Origin: Paraphysomonas bandaiensis
Lineage: Eukaryota > Protista > Chrysophyceae
DNA: 64,000 nt
NCBI GenBank assembly: GCA_965644295.1
Contig: CBFFRP010000136.1
Span: 186,001-250,000, forward strand
Direction of reading: 5' to 3'
A program made the position numbers and the translations under genes. The notes beneath the pieces were generated by a model. The model did not search any database, was not told the origin of the DNA, and worked only from the letters and a program-made list of their open reading frames with translations. Within the stretch, counting starts at the first letter, position 1. Each line of letters begins with the position of its first letter. Below, piece after piece: positions 39,701 to 48,924 of the stretch.

Positions 39701-40736
39701 ATATACTCAACTCGTTAAAGGAGGCGATGATACGAGGCAGGATGCAGTTATGGAACAAGTCTTTGACCACGTAAATGTCATGTTGAGGACGAATAAAGAG
39801 TGTAGGAAGCGGAATTTGTCCGTGAGGACGTACAAAATAATTCCCATGACCCAGCAAAGCGGAATCATCGAATGGGTTGAGAATACTGTTCCATTTGGGA
39901 CGTACTTATGTGATAAGCCGAAGGAGAGGTTATTGGGTGCTCATTCCAGATACTTTCCTCAGGATATTTCACATCTTAAAGCGAGAGAGAAGTTTGCTGA
40001 TGCAAAAGACAACAAAGAAGCCGTTTTCAATGATATTTGTGCACAATTTCACCCGGCTTTTCGTTTTTTCTTTCTGGAGAATTTTCCCGATCCGTCTGTG
40101 TGGCTAAGTAGTCGCGTTGCTTACACACGTACAACTGCAGCAACTTCAATGGTAGGATACGTGTTAGGGATTGGGGACAGACATTCCCATAACATTTTGA
40201 TCGACTATAAGAGTGCTGAGGTTATACACATTGACTTCGGAATAATGTTTGAACAAGGGAAAGCATTGGGTACCCCAGAGACAGTACCATTCCGGCTTAC
40301 ACGTGACATTGTGGATGGTATGGGTATATGTGGATGCGAGGGAACATTTCGGCGGTGTTGCGAAGAGGTTCTTAAAGTATTGCGTGCTAACTCATCTCAG
40401 TTATTAACTATCTTGGAGGTAGTTATTCACGACCCTCTCTATAAATGGTCCCTGTCTCCGATACAGGCTCGGAAGAGGCAGCGCGCTGAAGGAGACAGCG
40501 TTCGTCCACTTTTTGCCATTGCAAATGATACTGGTGTGGACACTTCAGTTCACAATAGTTCAAGTATGGATGCAGCACAGAGGGCATTGCTGCGCATTAA
40601 GGATAAGCTCCAAGGATACGAGGATCCCAGTGGCGAAAGCTTGAGTGTAGAAGGACAAGTGGAGCTCCTAATTAATGAAGCTATAGATCCAAAAAATCTA
40701 TGTATGCTTTTTCAAGGCTGGGCGCCGTGGCTGTAA
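30771..40736 (+). CDS. ATM: Serine/threonine kinase ATM/Tel1 (PIKK), single exon, 3321 aa
   Basis: N-terminal TAN-like LRSDKITIR; DHPYHTL; kinase QLVKGGDDTRQDAVMEQVF, GYVLGIGDRHSHNIL, HIDFG, PETVPFRLTRDIVDGMG, HDPLYKW; FATC LSVEGQVELLINEAIDPKNLCMLFQGWAPWL. Confidence 0.96.
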   Translation: MANCSGIVQWLRSDKITIRAKGKKKLLEFISLDRIFVCGNDRQWWDIIRAVIEWECKELTASRGKRRDCDSENAVFVRQTMRHGLDLCHLSPKKCADIINHVLSMLCNKDLSQTYHNEHLSILHECLENMKFVSAIELQETLNVLNFMKGYVTERNVSSREIVRIMQGLAQTTLKEGHSSGIIPALLEWFQQLLQETPVSSPSFDKLLPALCDAHTTVLDLHGIDCVSEIFRYVDGLLVAISRVLPQLSVSGRDPLLRLLLSYIRTCCTGSCGLRLCTADPLKKSLNQLLEVVSHTDFLKGLMVHMRSQYMSRHSTSTATQSLTPPTNDTFVNYLEDTRFNLHLEVIASLTSAAASQSDSCTNCCPIHCELFRAIESSPSQFSHSGTHGNNYSQSYLSMPSSTSRPVGGTSANQAVVESRLYLLHALCTTPFRRYTLCPPCAHPKNDSNDIFLACELVRWVHLLRNQLFNHIRNRSPSQLCGAILTALEGIAIASYSLSVEHSKLRSAWSDFVETLIISEVTCSLLRGPVSRSSLPESLLKLLTFLLESKLLHEPAIYALMQHLWANSACLRDLRLVESCCFFQLLSHLLLTSSSIEAVRSIASASFENSTDECGTSSTNNEWLAHLHEGKPVRGVLCATLWLDSLLEAPSNQRVSALAQVPGYIYGLKALAATSLGLNRVCTDGGRENWECIFAREMDGILLGRVNWCERSVLDRVTAYASLQEKEVESAMDCAGSVFTPNAVFESATTALDMLCVLYRRVEAKAVGELSLDETVEHVTSWQLVSLFLAAVYIAIAEAVGSMGLRNERMEHIVRDSLKQFWLVMRMIFNALSSRPCLLRGNTGSTGTVEYVSCCSALVARAACVGGTTRSINGSDNSRKYMVECCDEMLSYIPLVVNEAVGDDYTTAGSATSMGMRRGVSGSTLRSSSRDISDTGDDFDVFMECIGPKQQFQDMPSCEGIVSDISQTDLRLLFSDHQIHIVCSTAAAVVCSNPTQETLEMLLNVLTTVSDGGRKYRLPSEVALYIGERIGMVSSAQGVFDFVKYNTWEEDWGFLGYYKALCVIRELSFREEYFRQDDCSVVIEMIFPSNTLLQEYLVMFWRARVLQLECAARAFCLYPEKYKQQMGDVVLQSLLDIDTRVRSTGQYMLSLLFRFLKNHSIIYSTVRDHIDVDRTIFDCITLQTYSPEGLYTGEAHILDDCVVSRVLACTRCGMASRRVLHLALRDVLYLCGLHPQCRQDNAIHISPLSSVNDTLRLCVKHMARCNGYSSEGLLLRDHLEWIVQEWLKVHKHESEELCYKIQYFPFYIFGYDSLSVCLSELSSVIVPLICSLEPWIHRWNTLSAYAEQCGFGQEDSSLALILRQNIVSIKSREILLSSGFYNSPLGIEITCHSESDCKSQARYLKLFIDRMSNLEELQRFARKNLTDVVYQLLMLVAFDPDLSRVDDVLSGSIFGDMNHIVWYEEYEKQLTCLLNFTAREFQLTNFVSLVCDVNALYLLAQLRTHIRETRNDFTAFFLSCSVCYISGCVVSDSFLVTQDANGGAGLIYRSVIACLFTCIECFPQSIFIVINCVSNVVSSVTAFLKSKRIPSCSFQAIVPDMFAEILCLLYVITMKENNLSLNPTCAVRDGHLSMRYAALMESDVFCPDKCSEILHRLRATILEMLEWGKLDKACSVSMCLPLPCSVLSVVSADGFLCDSFKHQDTNSPNVVHRIEYFDDVVSAMLGGQLVAKGLIWLQLHEIKEMLQPQTCSDQVAGEALWRKDVDIVASFVASLLSLGNSEGIVEVSKNLQTDIAYVLGSLGFVDLHSIGHGKLMSRPIAEYDPQALKMRLLSKLMLSIWEGGTDVARASLGAIRNVQFTGCMASYVSDVQNARDSFLSVTSILSKSLVPFHYEYQRHSADQSSEAWSSRTWSTAGKDYDMWLKNLVATLLSKCYCGLQENSVGPPVSAVNTGGQSKSSLSGSDVFLSCFLQVSKTSTVVAECLFPLILFDLLSHDDSSGRVAEKVGYLMRTHLFSKDCTLPAATRIGCDCMVFILRQNISKHIENSLQRNRKRPLESQKSSRREDTWSLPYSTGLNIDYKIVAEAALRCGYVCTAELFVELAAEAIRGDVVQHSISSRRSLINGDEDNSIAHLADLQLRIYKDVHNPDAIFGVTQSSDLSTQALVYSHTGQWTEALAAYDCIAQCGGIFSRAKTDFEAAQYGTAQSLHALGYRSVLQRYISAPTFGSEPESSQSLLDSTTSALSEQGVKSALHLSQWSCGTMHQIFDSTCAQKPPMSLRSNVNNYDFISSSITAALRDICSGDRVSSQSRIDACIRMFFPRVTDLFQEETSKSMMIQLADLQQLVEVGEAISLVNPRNETDLHTTLSHAPINAESLNKIINSWRGRLSCTFSDSVFCETILSLRLSILFSLLGSRCIEFSHFLLLLDQVHDAIDSKNAAHALSPILYKIRGLLETSSGARTSTANVTNVCPFPTISVTSATKARYAMQEARLLWSKGLHDVALNTMVGDAIAPLKRVLLKSSRTRRDWGESEDSAISDSLSEAYRISGNWLSSKKGASGSQIVTSFFMPAVKAARSVSQKVGAHLSLARFNLHLHHTVKNRVGSAEWIQGKKVSEDRKYEYEQCLALYKAKYPRESAVRKSDKAEELALKRHMVVLKKELSIDAKEREAVENSVQDHLINALKNYKEVLALSKESDMDTIFHVINIWFQYSESKEVNDVFRDIVSETASFKFVSLTYQIMSRLDGSGDAGKSSLQRTYPVSTDGKAAVRDVPSPCASDFQSVLRNLLFALCRDHPYHTLPQLFALVNEKLKLDNISDGYNVLSSTSTSGHEGSTRIQAARGILHRLNSEFLSTGRYANLVESMDLVFRTYIELSLTSVEQCINDKKTKDVRFTALHQYRGKVPFHQRIGSVRSSRATYDAPSTCIPVLTRSQAIHADCDYSDAVFITGFADTFSLTDSGLSRPKIIKCEGSDGRIYTQLVKGGDDTRQDAVMEQVFDHVNVMLRTNKECRKRNLSVRTYKIIPMTQQSGIIEWVENTVPFGTYLCDKPKERLLGAHSRYFPQDISHLKAREKFADAKDNKEAVFNDICAQFHPAFRFFFLENFPDPSVWLSSRVAYTRTTAATSMVGYVLGIGDRHSHNILIDYKSAEVIHIDFGIMFEQGKALGTPETVPFRLTRDIVDGMGICGCEGTFRRCCEEVLKVLRANSSQLLTILEVVIHDPLYKWSLSPIQARKRQRAEGDSVRPLFAIANDTGVDTSVHNSSSMDAAQRALLRIKDKLQGYEDPSGESLSVEGQVELLINEAIDPKNLCMLFQGWAPWL

Positions 40737-40945
40737 TTATGTGATTTATGATTTCGTTGCTTCAGCTAGATTATTTACTTTGCTGCTATTACGGGCCATT
40801 ATTTACTTGATAACTAGATATTTAGCAATAGACATGTACATTTGGATTCCTAATTGTGAGTATTGAACAGGCTCTTATCGCATTGCAAGATCAAATAGCA
40901 TAGTACTAAGATCAGCATATTAGTTTCATCAATAAAGTACCGCTA

Positions 40946-41260
40946 TGTTGGAATACGTACAGTTCTCTAAGATAGTACTGTAGAATACGTTAAATACAAT
41001 GTGAAAACAGTAATACGTAGTCAATAGTCAAAGGTGCTATATAGCTATAACTGTGAAACTGAGCGAAGTATTATATCATGACGATTCGAGATACGGAAGT
41101 TGAGCAGTGGTTTACATGAACGAAATAATTTACATACATGTGTTACATGACAACACACACGATTGTGTATACAATTATAATAACGTAATCTATCTAGTTT
41201 GACTAACTTAAACTTCTCTTAAAACTATCTTAATCATCAGAAAATGGTCAATACTCAATA
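40946..41260 (+). repeat. 5' LTR of Copia-2 (TG...TA)
   Basis: tgttggaatacg...actcaata, a direct repeat of 47708-48035. Confidence 0.95.
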
Positions 41261-44020
41261 TGGTAGCGAATGCGGAGGAGAGAGCTGATGTTCCATGGTT
41301 CGACGAGAGCAACGTTGAGCAATGGATCGAAGATTTCTAGACGTTCCTTATGAGAAAGGAGCAGAGTGAGGTGGCTCTAGAAAGGCCACCAGAGGAAGAG
41401 GACTTCGGAATTCAACCCCTGAACAGTCTTGAGACCAAGTCCTACAAGGAAGCGGTGGACAAGTATTGGAAGGCAAATGAAATTGCCTACTCATACTGCA
41501 GAGAGGCGGTGAAGCGATCTCCGAAGGCGCTGCAGAAGTTTCATCTGAAGCACAAGGATTTCAAGGCAGCTGAAGGAACTATAAACAAGTTCAGCGCCAG
41601 AGAGATGGTTAGCACTTTGAAATTGTGTTTTGAAGGAGGAAAACAAAACAAGATTAGTGTTTTGCTCGCTCAGTGTGGATCATTCAAGATGAAGCCAGGG
41701 GAGACCGCGAAAGAATATGTACTGCGTTTTGAGCTGCTTCTCCGTGAACTTCAGGCGCATAACCAAACGGTAACTGAAGGAGGGAATTATCAGTGATGAA
41801 TATGACGGTTTGAATTATGCCCTGTATTTAATGCCCGATGATGTACCATATGAATTGTTATCCAAACGTATCGAACAGTTCGACGACACCAAGTATGGGA
41901 GGAAAATCATAGAGAAAAAGCGCAAGAGCACGGAGGAGCTGAATCATATTAAGAAGCCTCGAAAGAAAGAGAGAGTATCTACAAAGAGGAAGTGCTCTTA
42001 TTGCTCGAAGAAAGGTATAATACACAATCATAATACAGAACAATGTAGGAAGAAAAAGGGGGAAACGAAGGGACAAAGACCGGGCAGTAAGGAATATACA
42101 GGATGCAGAGTATGCAAATCCAAAAACCATCGTGCGAACGAATGTCACCGAAATTCCACAAGATAGACCAAGAAACCCCAGAAATCTGGGAAAGTCTTCA
42201 CGTTCGAGAATATCCGCAGAGGAGGAACCGAGTCTGACTCTGAGTCCGAAGCGAATATGATTTATGACTGCGCTGTTGATATATATGAAAAAAGTGATAC
42301 ATGTTGTATGATTGACACTGACCACTATACATACATATATACATGCTGCTCGTCGTCTATGTTTTTGGTAAATGATCAGCAAGTACTCGATGAATCTATT
42401 CCATCAGATAGAGTTATCAGAGGCTCCAAGAAAGGAACTGAGATCAATGTAACAGCAACAGGAAGGGTATCGAATACTCCGAAGACATCAACAGATTTCT
42501 GTGTTCGGGAAACGTTTGAACGATATATGGGTTATGAGTTCATCGTTTGGAATGGAATTCGAATTGTGGATCACAACACTGGAGCGACAGTATTGGAGGG
42601 ACCCGTGCTTAATGGTATGACTGCGGTCCCTCCTACGCAAAACTTACTGAGTCTGCCAGGTGTATCCAGTTGTAGCAGGGGTGCACCAGTAGCAAATTTG
42701 ACTGATCAGTATGGAGAAGATGAGTTGGAGCTGCTGCAGAGGAGAGTGGGCCATTTCAACAAAGGGGCTCTAACTGAGGCACATAGAAGGATGTTGTTTA
42801 CTGGCTCAAATCTGCAAAGGAAGCACCTATCGAAGACTGCATTGAAAAAATCTTGTCTCTGTAGCATACAGTATTATGTGCCAGATCCAAAAGTACGAGG
42901 GTTTCGTTTCATACAAAGGATGATACGGATGTCAAGCCGAACATATCGGCTGATGTGCAAGTATTTCTTAATACTCCTGCACGTGGAGGAGAGCGCTATG
43001 TGGTCAAACTCACTCATCGCCCGAGTAGGATGTTCTGGGTGAAAGGCATATATAAACAAGCGTACTAAAAAGAAGAAGTGATTCAGGATTTTAGAGAGGT
43101 GTTCGAAGGAGAGATTAGGCAGTACAAGCTGAGAATAGATCATTACCATGCTGATGGAGCAGGAGAGCTGGTGGTGAATCTGGAACTTAGGAGTTATTTG
43201 AGGTCACATGGCTGCTACAAACACACTTGGTCCCACATGGCTGCTACAAACACACTTGGTCTTCAACAGATAGTCCAGAGATGAATGCAGTGGGGAAGCA
43301 AAAATTCAGGACTGTATCAGAGATGACGTTGGCGATGTTGTTGCAGTCAGGCCTACCGGTTCCATTCTGGTTAGACGCATATTATGCTGCTCGTGATCAG
43401 ACTTCCTACATGGACGGATATAGAGGATACATGTCACCATACGAGTATGTCATGGGTCAGCCACCCAGTTTAAAATATTTTAGAGTATAGGGGTGTAAAA
43501 CTTATATATTGACACCTAAGGCTGACAGGCGAAAGGACTGGGACGACAAATTAAAGATTGGACACCTAGTGGGATATTCGGAGAACAAAGTGGGATACCA
43601 GCAGGTATATCTGCCAGCCACAGATATAAGGTAGTCACATGTGTGCATATACTTACGGACGAGAAAATACCTTCTCGTCCAGAGGAATATTACACAGAAA
43701 TTGATGCACTATGGGTACAGACAGAACCCAAACCGAAATCCGTTGACAATTATCAGCACCTGGATGGTTAAGACGTTTCACATCGACGATATGACGATGG
43801 ATTGTTATACAAAACCAACAGGGTGGTGGAAAGAAAGGGAGTCATAGTGGCATATCGATCACTTGTAACTGCGGGGAGGACCCACATTGAACAAAAGGTA
43901 CCTATACATATAGAAGATGTACAGGTTTGGAACACTCCTGGATATACGGGAACGAGGGACGCCTCCAGTACGACTACCGGACGGAGTACGTCTACTATCC
44001 CAGCATCTGAGAGTCATCAG
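41260..44020 (+). pseudogene. Copia-2 gag-protease-integrase pseudogene
   Basis: FKMKPGE, CRVCKSKNHRANEC, LQRRVGHFN, YHADGAGEL, WSSTDSPEMN, LLQSGLPVPFW; multiple stops and frameshifts. Confidence 0.9.
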
Positions 44021-44107
44021 GTGCTCCCTGAATAATACCATGGTTAACTAGCTGCTCCTGCTGATGACTCTCAGGTGCTGGATAGTAGACGTACTCCGTC
44101 CGGTAGT
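43973..44107. repeat. Small nested inverted repeat (~48-bp arms, 40-bp spacer); mirrored at 45327-45461
   Basis: actaccggacggagtacgtctactatcccagcatctgagagtcatcag ... ctgatgactctcaggtgctggatagtagacgtactccgtccggtagt. Confidence 0.93.
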
Positions 44108-44773
44108 GAAGCAAACTTTTTTCAAACTTGGGAAAAATTCTAAATTTGGGCCTTTTTAAAAAATTCATCATGAAAACCTCATGTTTATTGTTGATATAAT
44201 TTAGACAGAGGTAATGAAGAATATTAATGTTGTGTAATGATGACGATTCCAAGAAACCTTTTTACATTATCAAGACTAAGTCATATATGGTATAATAATA
44301 TCATAATAATATTACTATAAAATACAACATGTATGTATTATTATTATATATGAATACTCTTCTCTAGTAACTATAACTTTCAATTCTTTTCCTGTTACGC
44401 TTTCCTTTGAGTACAGGCGCAGCTCCAACCGCTCCTGTGTCTACCCAATCGGTATTTGGAACAACTTCGATATCCCAACTACCTGATGTATTCGTTTTCT
44501 TCTTTCCGGAGGGTTTTATCGCAGGTTTCAACTCTTTCTGCCTTATACCTCTGATAATTTCACCATCAATGAATTCTATATCATACTTTCCATCTTTATA
44601 CCCAATAACACTACCATTGAAATTATACATATTTCTAATTTTTTCACCAACGGCATATAGTGTTGCAAATCATCACTACAACTATCACTGGAAGTTTTAT
44701 CGATAACAACGCTATCCCTTGAGCTGCTGTAATTATCTGATTCCAGTGATAGTTGTAGTGATGATTTGCAACA

Positions 44774-45070
44774 CTACATGCCGTTGGTGAAAAAATTAGA
44801 AATATGTATAATTTCAATGGTAGTGTTATTGGGTATAAAGATGGAAAGTATGATATAGAATTCATTGATGGTGAAATTATCAGAGGTATAAGGCAGAAAG
44901 AGTTGAAACCTGCGATAAAACCCTCCGGAAAGAAGAAAACGAATACATCAGGTAGTTGGGATATCGAAGTTGTTCCAAATACCGATTGGGTAGACACAGG
45001 AGCGGTTGGAGCTGCGCCTGTACTCAAAGGAAAGCGTAACAGGAAAAGAATTGAAAGTTATAGTTACTAG
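44774..45070 (+). pseudogene. Captured non-Copia gene fragment with a Tudor/SH3-like domain (mirror copy 44364-44660 on the minus strand)
   Basis: (Y/H)AVGEKIRNMYNFNGSVIGYKDGKYDIEFIDGEIIRGIRQKELKP fits a Tudor-like VG..V...G.I.....Y.I.F.DG pattern. The segment is AT-rich and has no counterpart in Copia-1. Confidence 0.55.
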
Positions 45071-46289
45071 AGAAGAGTATTCATATATAATAATAATACA
45101 TACATGTTGTATTTTATAGTAATATTATTATGATATTATTATACCATATATGACTTAGTCTTGATAATGTAAAAAGGTTTCTTGGAATCGTCATCATTAC
45201 ACAACATTAATATTCTTCATTACCTCTGTCTAAATTATATCAACAATAAACATGAGGTTTTCATGATGAATTTTTTAAAAAGGCCCAAATTTAGAATTTT
45301 TCCCAAGTTTGAAAAAAGTTTGCTTCACTACCGGACGGAGTACGTCTACTATCCAGCACCTGAGAGTCATCAGCAGGAGCAGCTAGTTAACCATGGTATT
45401 ATTCAGGGAGCACCTGATGACTCTCAGATGCTGGGATAGTAGACGTACTCCGTCCGGTAGTCGTACTGGAGGCGTCCCTCGTTCCCGTATATCCAGGAGT
45501 GTTCCAAACCTGTACATCTTCTATATGTATAGGTACCTTTTGTTCAATGTGGGTCCTCCCCGCAGTTACAAGTGATCGATATGCCACTATGACTCCCTTT
45601 CTTTCCACCACCCTGTTGGTTTTGTATAACAATCCATCGTCATATCGTCGATGTGAAACGTCTTAACCATCCAGGTGCTGATAATTGTCAACGGATTTCG
45701 GTTTGGGTTCTGTCTGTACCCATAGTGCATCAATTTCTGTGTAATATTCCTCTGGACGAGAAGGTATTTTCTCGTCTGTAAGTATATGCACACATGTGAC
45801 TACCTTATATCTGTGGCTGGCAGATATACCTGCTGGTATCCCACTAGGTGTCCAATCTTTAATTTGTCGTCCCAGTCCTTTCGCCTGTCAGCCTTAGGTG
45901 TCAATATATAAGTTTTACACCCCTATACTCTAAAATATTTTAAACTGGGTGGCTGACCCATGACATACTCGTATGGTGACATGTATCCTCTATATCCGTC
46001 CATGTAGGAAGTCTGATCACGAGCAGCATAATATGCGTCTAACCAGAATGGAACCGGTAGGCCTGACTGCAACAACATCGCCAACGTCATCTCTGATACA
46101 GTCCTGAATTTTTGCTTCCCCACTGCATTCATCTCTGGACTATCTGTTGAAGACCAAGTGTGTTTGTAGCAGCCATGTGACCTCAAATAACTCCTAAGTT
46201 CCAGATTCACCACCAGCTCTCCTGCTCCATCAGCATGGTAATGATCTATTCTCAGCTTGTACTGCCTAATCTCTCCTTCGAACACCTCT

Positions 46290-47539
46290 TGATGTTAGCT
46301 CGGCATTCTGTTACGTGAATTTAGACGAAAAAGTGTACATATATATCCACCGCCTGATGAGGAACTCGGGGACGGATGGTGTTTCCAGTTGATAAATGCA
46401 TTATACGGATTGCGGTCTTCACCACGTCAATGGAATCGCAACATAGACAAATTCATCAAATCAATGAAATTCAACGCATGTGTTCTTGATACGTGTCTCT
46501 ATTATCGTCGGCACAATGCAAAACTCACATTATTGATATTGTATGTAGACGATATCATAATAGCATCTGTGGACCTTGAGTTTTTAATATTTGTCAAGGA
46601 CAACTCCTGTCATACGTTCGAAATGCGTGACATGGGAGAGTGCGAGAGTTTTCTGAATATTAGGATTACGAGAGGTGAGGATTAGTTCAAATTAGATCAG
46701 TATAAATACGCAGAGAATGTGGTACAGAAATTGGCTATTAGCCCAAAGAACAAAGAAGCACCTCTAACGTCCAATGCACAGGAAATGCTAGCTACAGAAA
46801 GAGAACTCACAGCAGAACAAGAAAATGGGTATCAACATTTCCATATCGTAATATAATAGGAGCCATTTTATATCTAGCGCTTTATACAAGACCAGATCTT
46901 GCCTATGCCGTCGGATTGCTGTCGAGATACAGCAGTAATCCTACATACGCATCGTGTCGTTTAGCTATTCATTTATTGAAATATTTGAAGGGCACCACCA
47001 GCAAAGGAATCAAATTCAGTGGGAGTAAGTTTGACTTACATGTATTTAGTGATGCGGACTCTGGGCAGTCGATATACTAACGAGACGTTCAACTACCGGC
47101 TATATTGTATTCTTATGTGCTGGAGCAATCGCATAGCAGTCCGAACTGCAGACTACAGTTGCAACTTCTAGTATCGAGTCCGAGTATATGGCTGAATATG
47201 CGGCCATGCAAGAACTGGTGTGGCTACGGGGGGTGTTACGAGAGCTAGGACTCGCATTGACGAAGCCAACTCCATTTTTTATGGACAGAAAATCCAGTCT
47301 ACCACAAAAGATCAAAACATATTCAGATAAAGTACCACTAGGTTCAGGAACACATAAATGGAAGGTTTCCTACAGCCAGATAGATTCATGTATCGACTAA
47401 GGATATGACGGCCGACATATTTACAAAAGCGTTATCTAAAAAGCTCTTTAAACTCCATGAAGAATCTATCACAGGGGAAAAGAGGAGCATTTCAAATGAA
47501 GTTGAGAAGAATCAGAAGAAGCGGTTCAAGAAAGGTTAA
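46290..47539 (+). pseudogene. Copia-2 RT (from LDVSSAF onward) and RNase H pseudogene
   Basis: LDVSSAFCY, ALYGLRSSPRQW, LYVDDII, TRPDLAYAVGLLSRY, SDAD, ADIFTKAL; stops and frameshifts present. Confidence 0.9.
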
Positions 47540-47707
47540 GGGTATGTTTTTAGTGGGTAAGAATCCCACATAACTGTGTTACAGCGATGTGTGATGTACA
47601 CAGTATCTTTATGAAGATTTTCACATCCATTTTATTCTATAAGATGACTAGATGATATATATAGCTGCAGTATAATGACGATTACTCGTTTCTATATTGA
47701 GGAGGAG

Positions 47708-48035
47708 TGTTGGAATACGTACGGTTCTCTAAGATAGTACTGTAGAATACGTTTAATACAATGTGAAAAACAGTAATGCGTAGTCAATAGTCAAAGGTGC
47801 TATATAGCTATAACTGTGAAACTGAGCGAAGTATTATATCATGACGATTCAAGATACGGAAGTTGAGCAGTGGTTGACATTACCGAAATAATTTATCATG
47901 TTGTTGACATACATGTGTTACATGACAACACACACAATTGTGTATACAATTATAATAAAGTAATCTATCTAGTTTGACTAACTTAAACTTCTCTTAAAAC
48001 GATCTTAATCATCAGAAAATGGTCAATACTCAATA
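47708..48035 (+). repeat. 3' LTR of Copia-2
   Basis: Direct repeat of 40946-41260, followed by the TSD CGCTA (48036-48040). Confidence 0.95.
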
Positions 48036-48400
48036 CGCTACAGGGTCTATGGTGTATTCACTCAATTTAGTGGCCTAGATACCTTGTCAGCACCGAGAAA
48101 TGAAGACAGTTTTGCATGTATGGTTGCAGAATTAATAACGTAGTAACGCAATGGAAGTAGTGGTACGATAATCTATAATCTACAGATAATATATAATGAT
48201 ATCACACCGGTCGCCAATATACCAGAAATTTCTTATTCCATGTTTGGGGTTTGGACGTTTGGACCCTCAACAAAGTCGGACTCGAACCTTTTCATGATGT
48301 TCTGGGGGATACGTACCGGAGATATTTGGGAAACTAATGTGAGCCGCAAATATAGTCAGCAGATGCTTGTGTAGTACAACGGACACCAATAAATGTCACA

Positions 48401-48540
48401 TGCTCACTGCGTTTGCTGTGAGTGATAGAGCAAAAAGTAGTTACACCTTGGTGCTTCTGGTGACGCACAATCAGCTCTCGTAGCGTTAAATAGTAGGATA
48501 TCAGAGGTAAGCACTGATTATTAAATGTCTATTGCTAAAG
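48401..48540. repeat. Dispersed repeat, copy 2 (related to 10249-10355)
   Basis: Colinear shared blocks with copy 1. Confidence 0.65.
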
Positions 48541-48924
48541 AGACATTCATTACTCCCATGTTTGGATACACTTTGGGATTAGTCCGGTCTTACATGTGAC
48601 ATTAAAATGCCGTATGTTCGACGCTGTATGACTAGGCTTATGAAGATTTTCTTGGGAGTACATATGTGTGCAAACACAAGAGAGAGTTCAACTACTACGT
48701 CTAACACGAAATCAATCTCACGATGGCAAAGTTGTTACACTGCGCAGACTACCAGGGAGTGATAATTACTCAAACAAACGCAAGCCACGAATAAACTCAA
48801 ATGAATGTAACAGCAGACAAATGATTATCACTGTAGACGGGTGCACATATTACATGTATACTCAGCCTTCAGCAATTTAGACCAGAGTTTCCACTTCACT
48901 ATCAACTCAAGAATATGAATATCT

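Larger units (their letters stand above)
43095..46289. repeat. Long inverted repeat: arms 43095-44693 and 44741-46289, 47-bp spacer
   Basis: Mirror ORFs sum to the constant 89434 (e.g. 44364+45070, 43802+45632). The arms differ by a 29-bp duplication, a 21-bp deletion and about 2 SNPs. Confidence 0.97.
40946..48035 (+). mobile_element. Ty1/Copia LTR retrotransposon (Copia-2), decayed and internally rearranged
   Basis: LTRs at 40946-41260 and 47708-48035 (~10 substitutions plus indels by eye); TSD CGCTA on both sides; PBS tggtagcg at 41261; PPT gaggaggag; fragmented gag, IN, RT (LYGLRSSPRQW, YVDD) and RH with many stops and frameshifts. Confidence 0.96.

Noticed and set aside
44104-45330. TAGTG/CACTA at the borders of the foreign insert as a CACTA or foldback transposon with long TIRs
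   Set aside because: The orientation is inside-out for CACTA. The tagt derives from the small Copia fold-back, the symmetry extends ~1 kb into Copia sequence, and there is no TSD.
43095-46289. Palindrome as a pure assembly or chimeric-read artefact
   Set aside because: The arms carry distinct repeat-mediated indels (29-bp duplication left, 21-bp deletion right) and SNPs, and the element resumes in RT with a matching TSD. An artefact is considered unlikely but is not excluded without reads.
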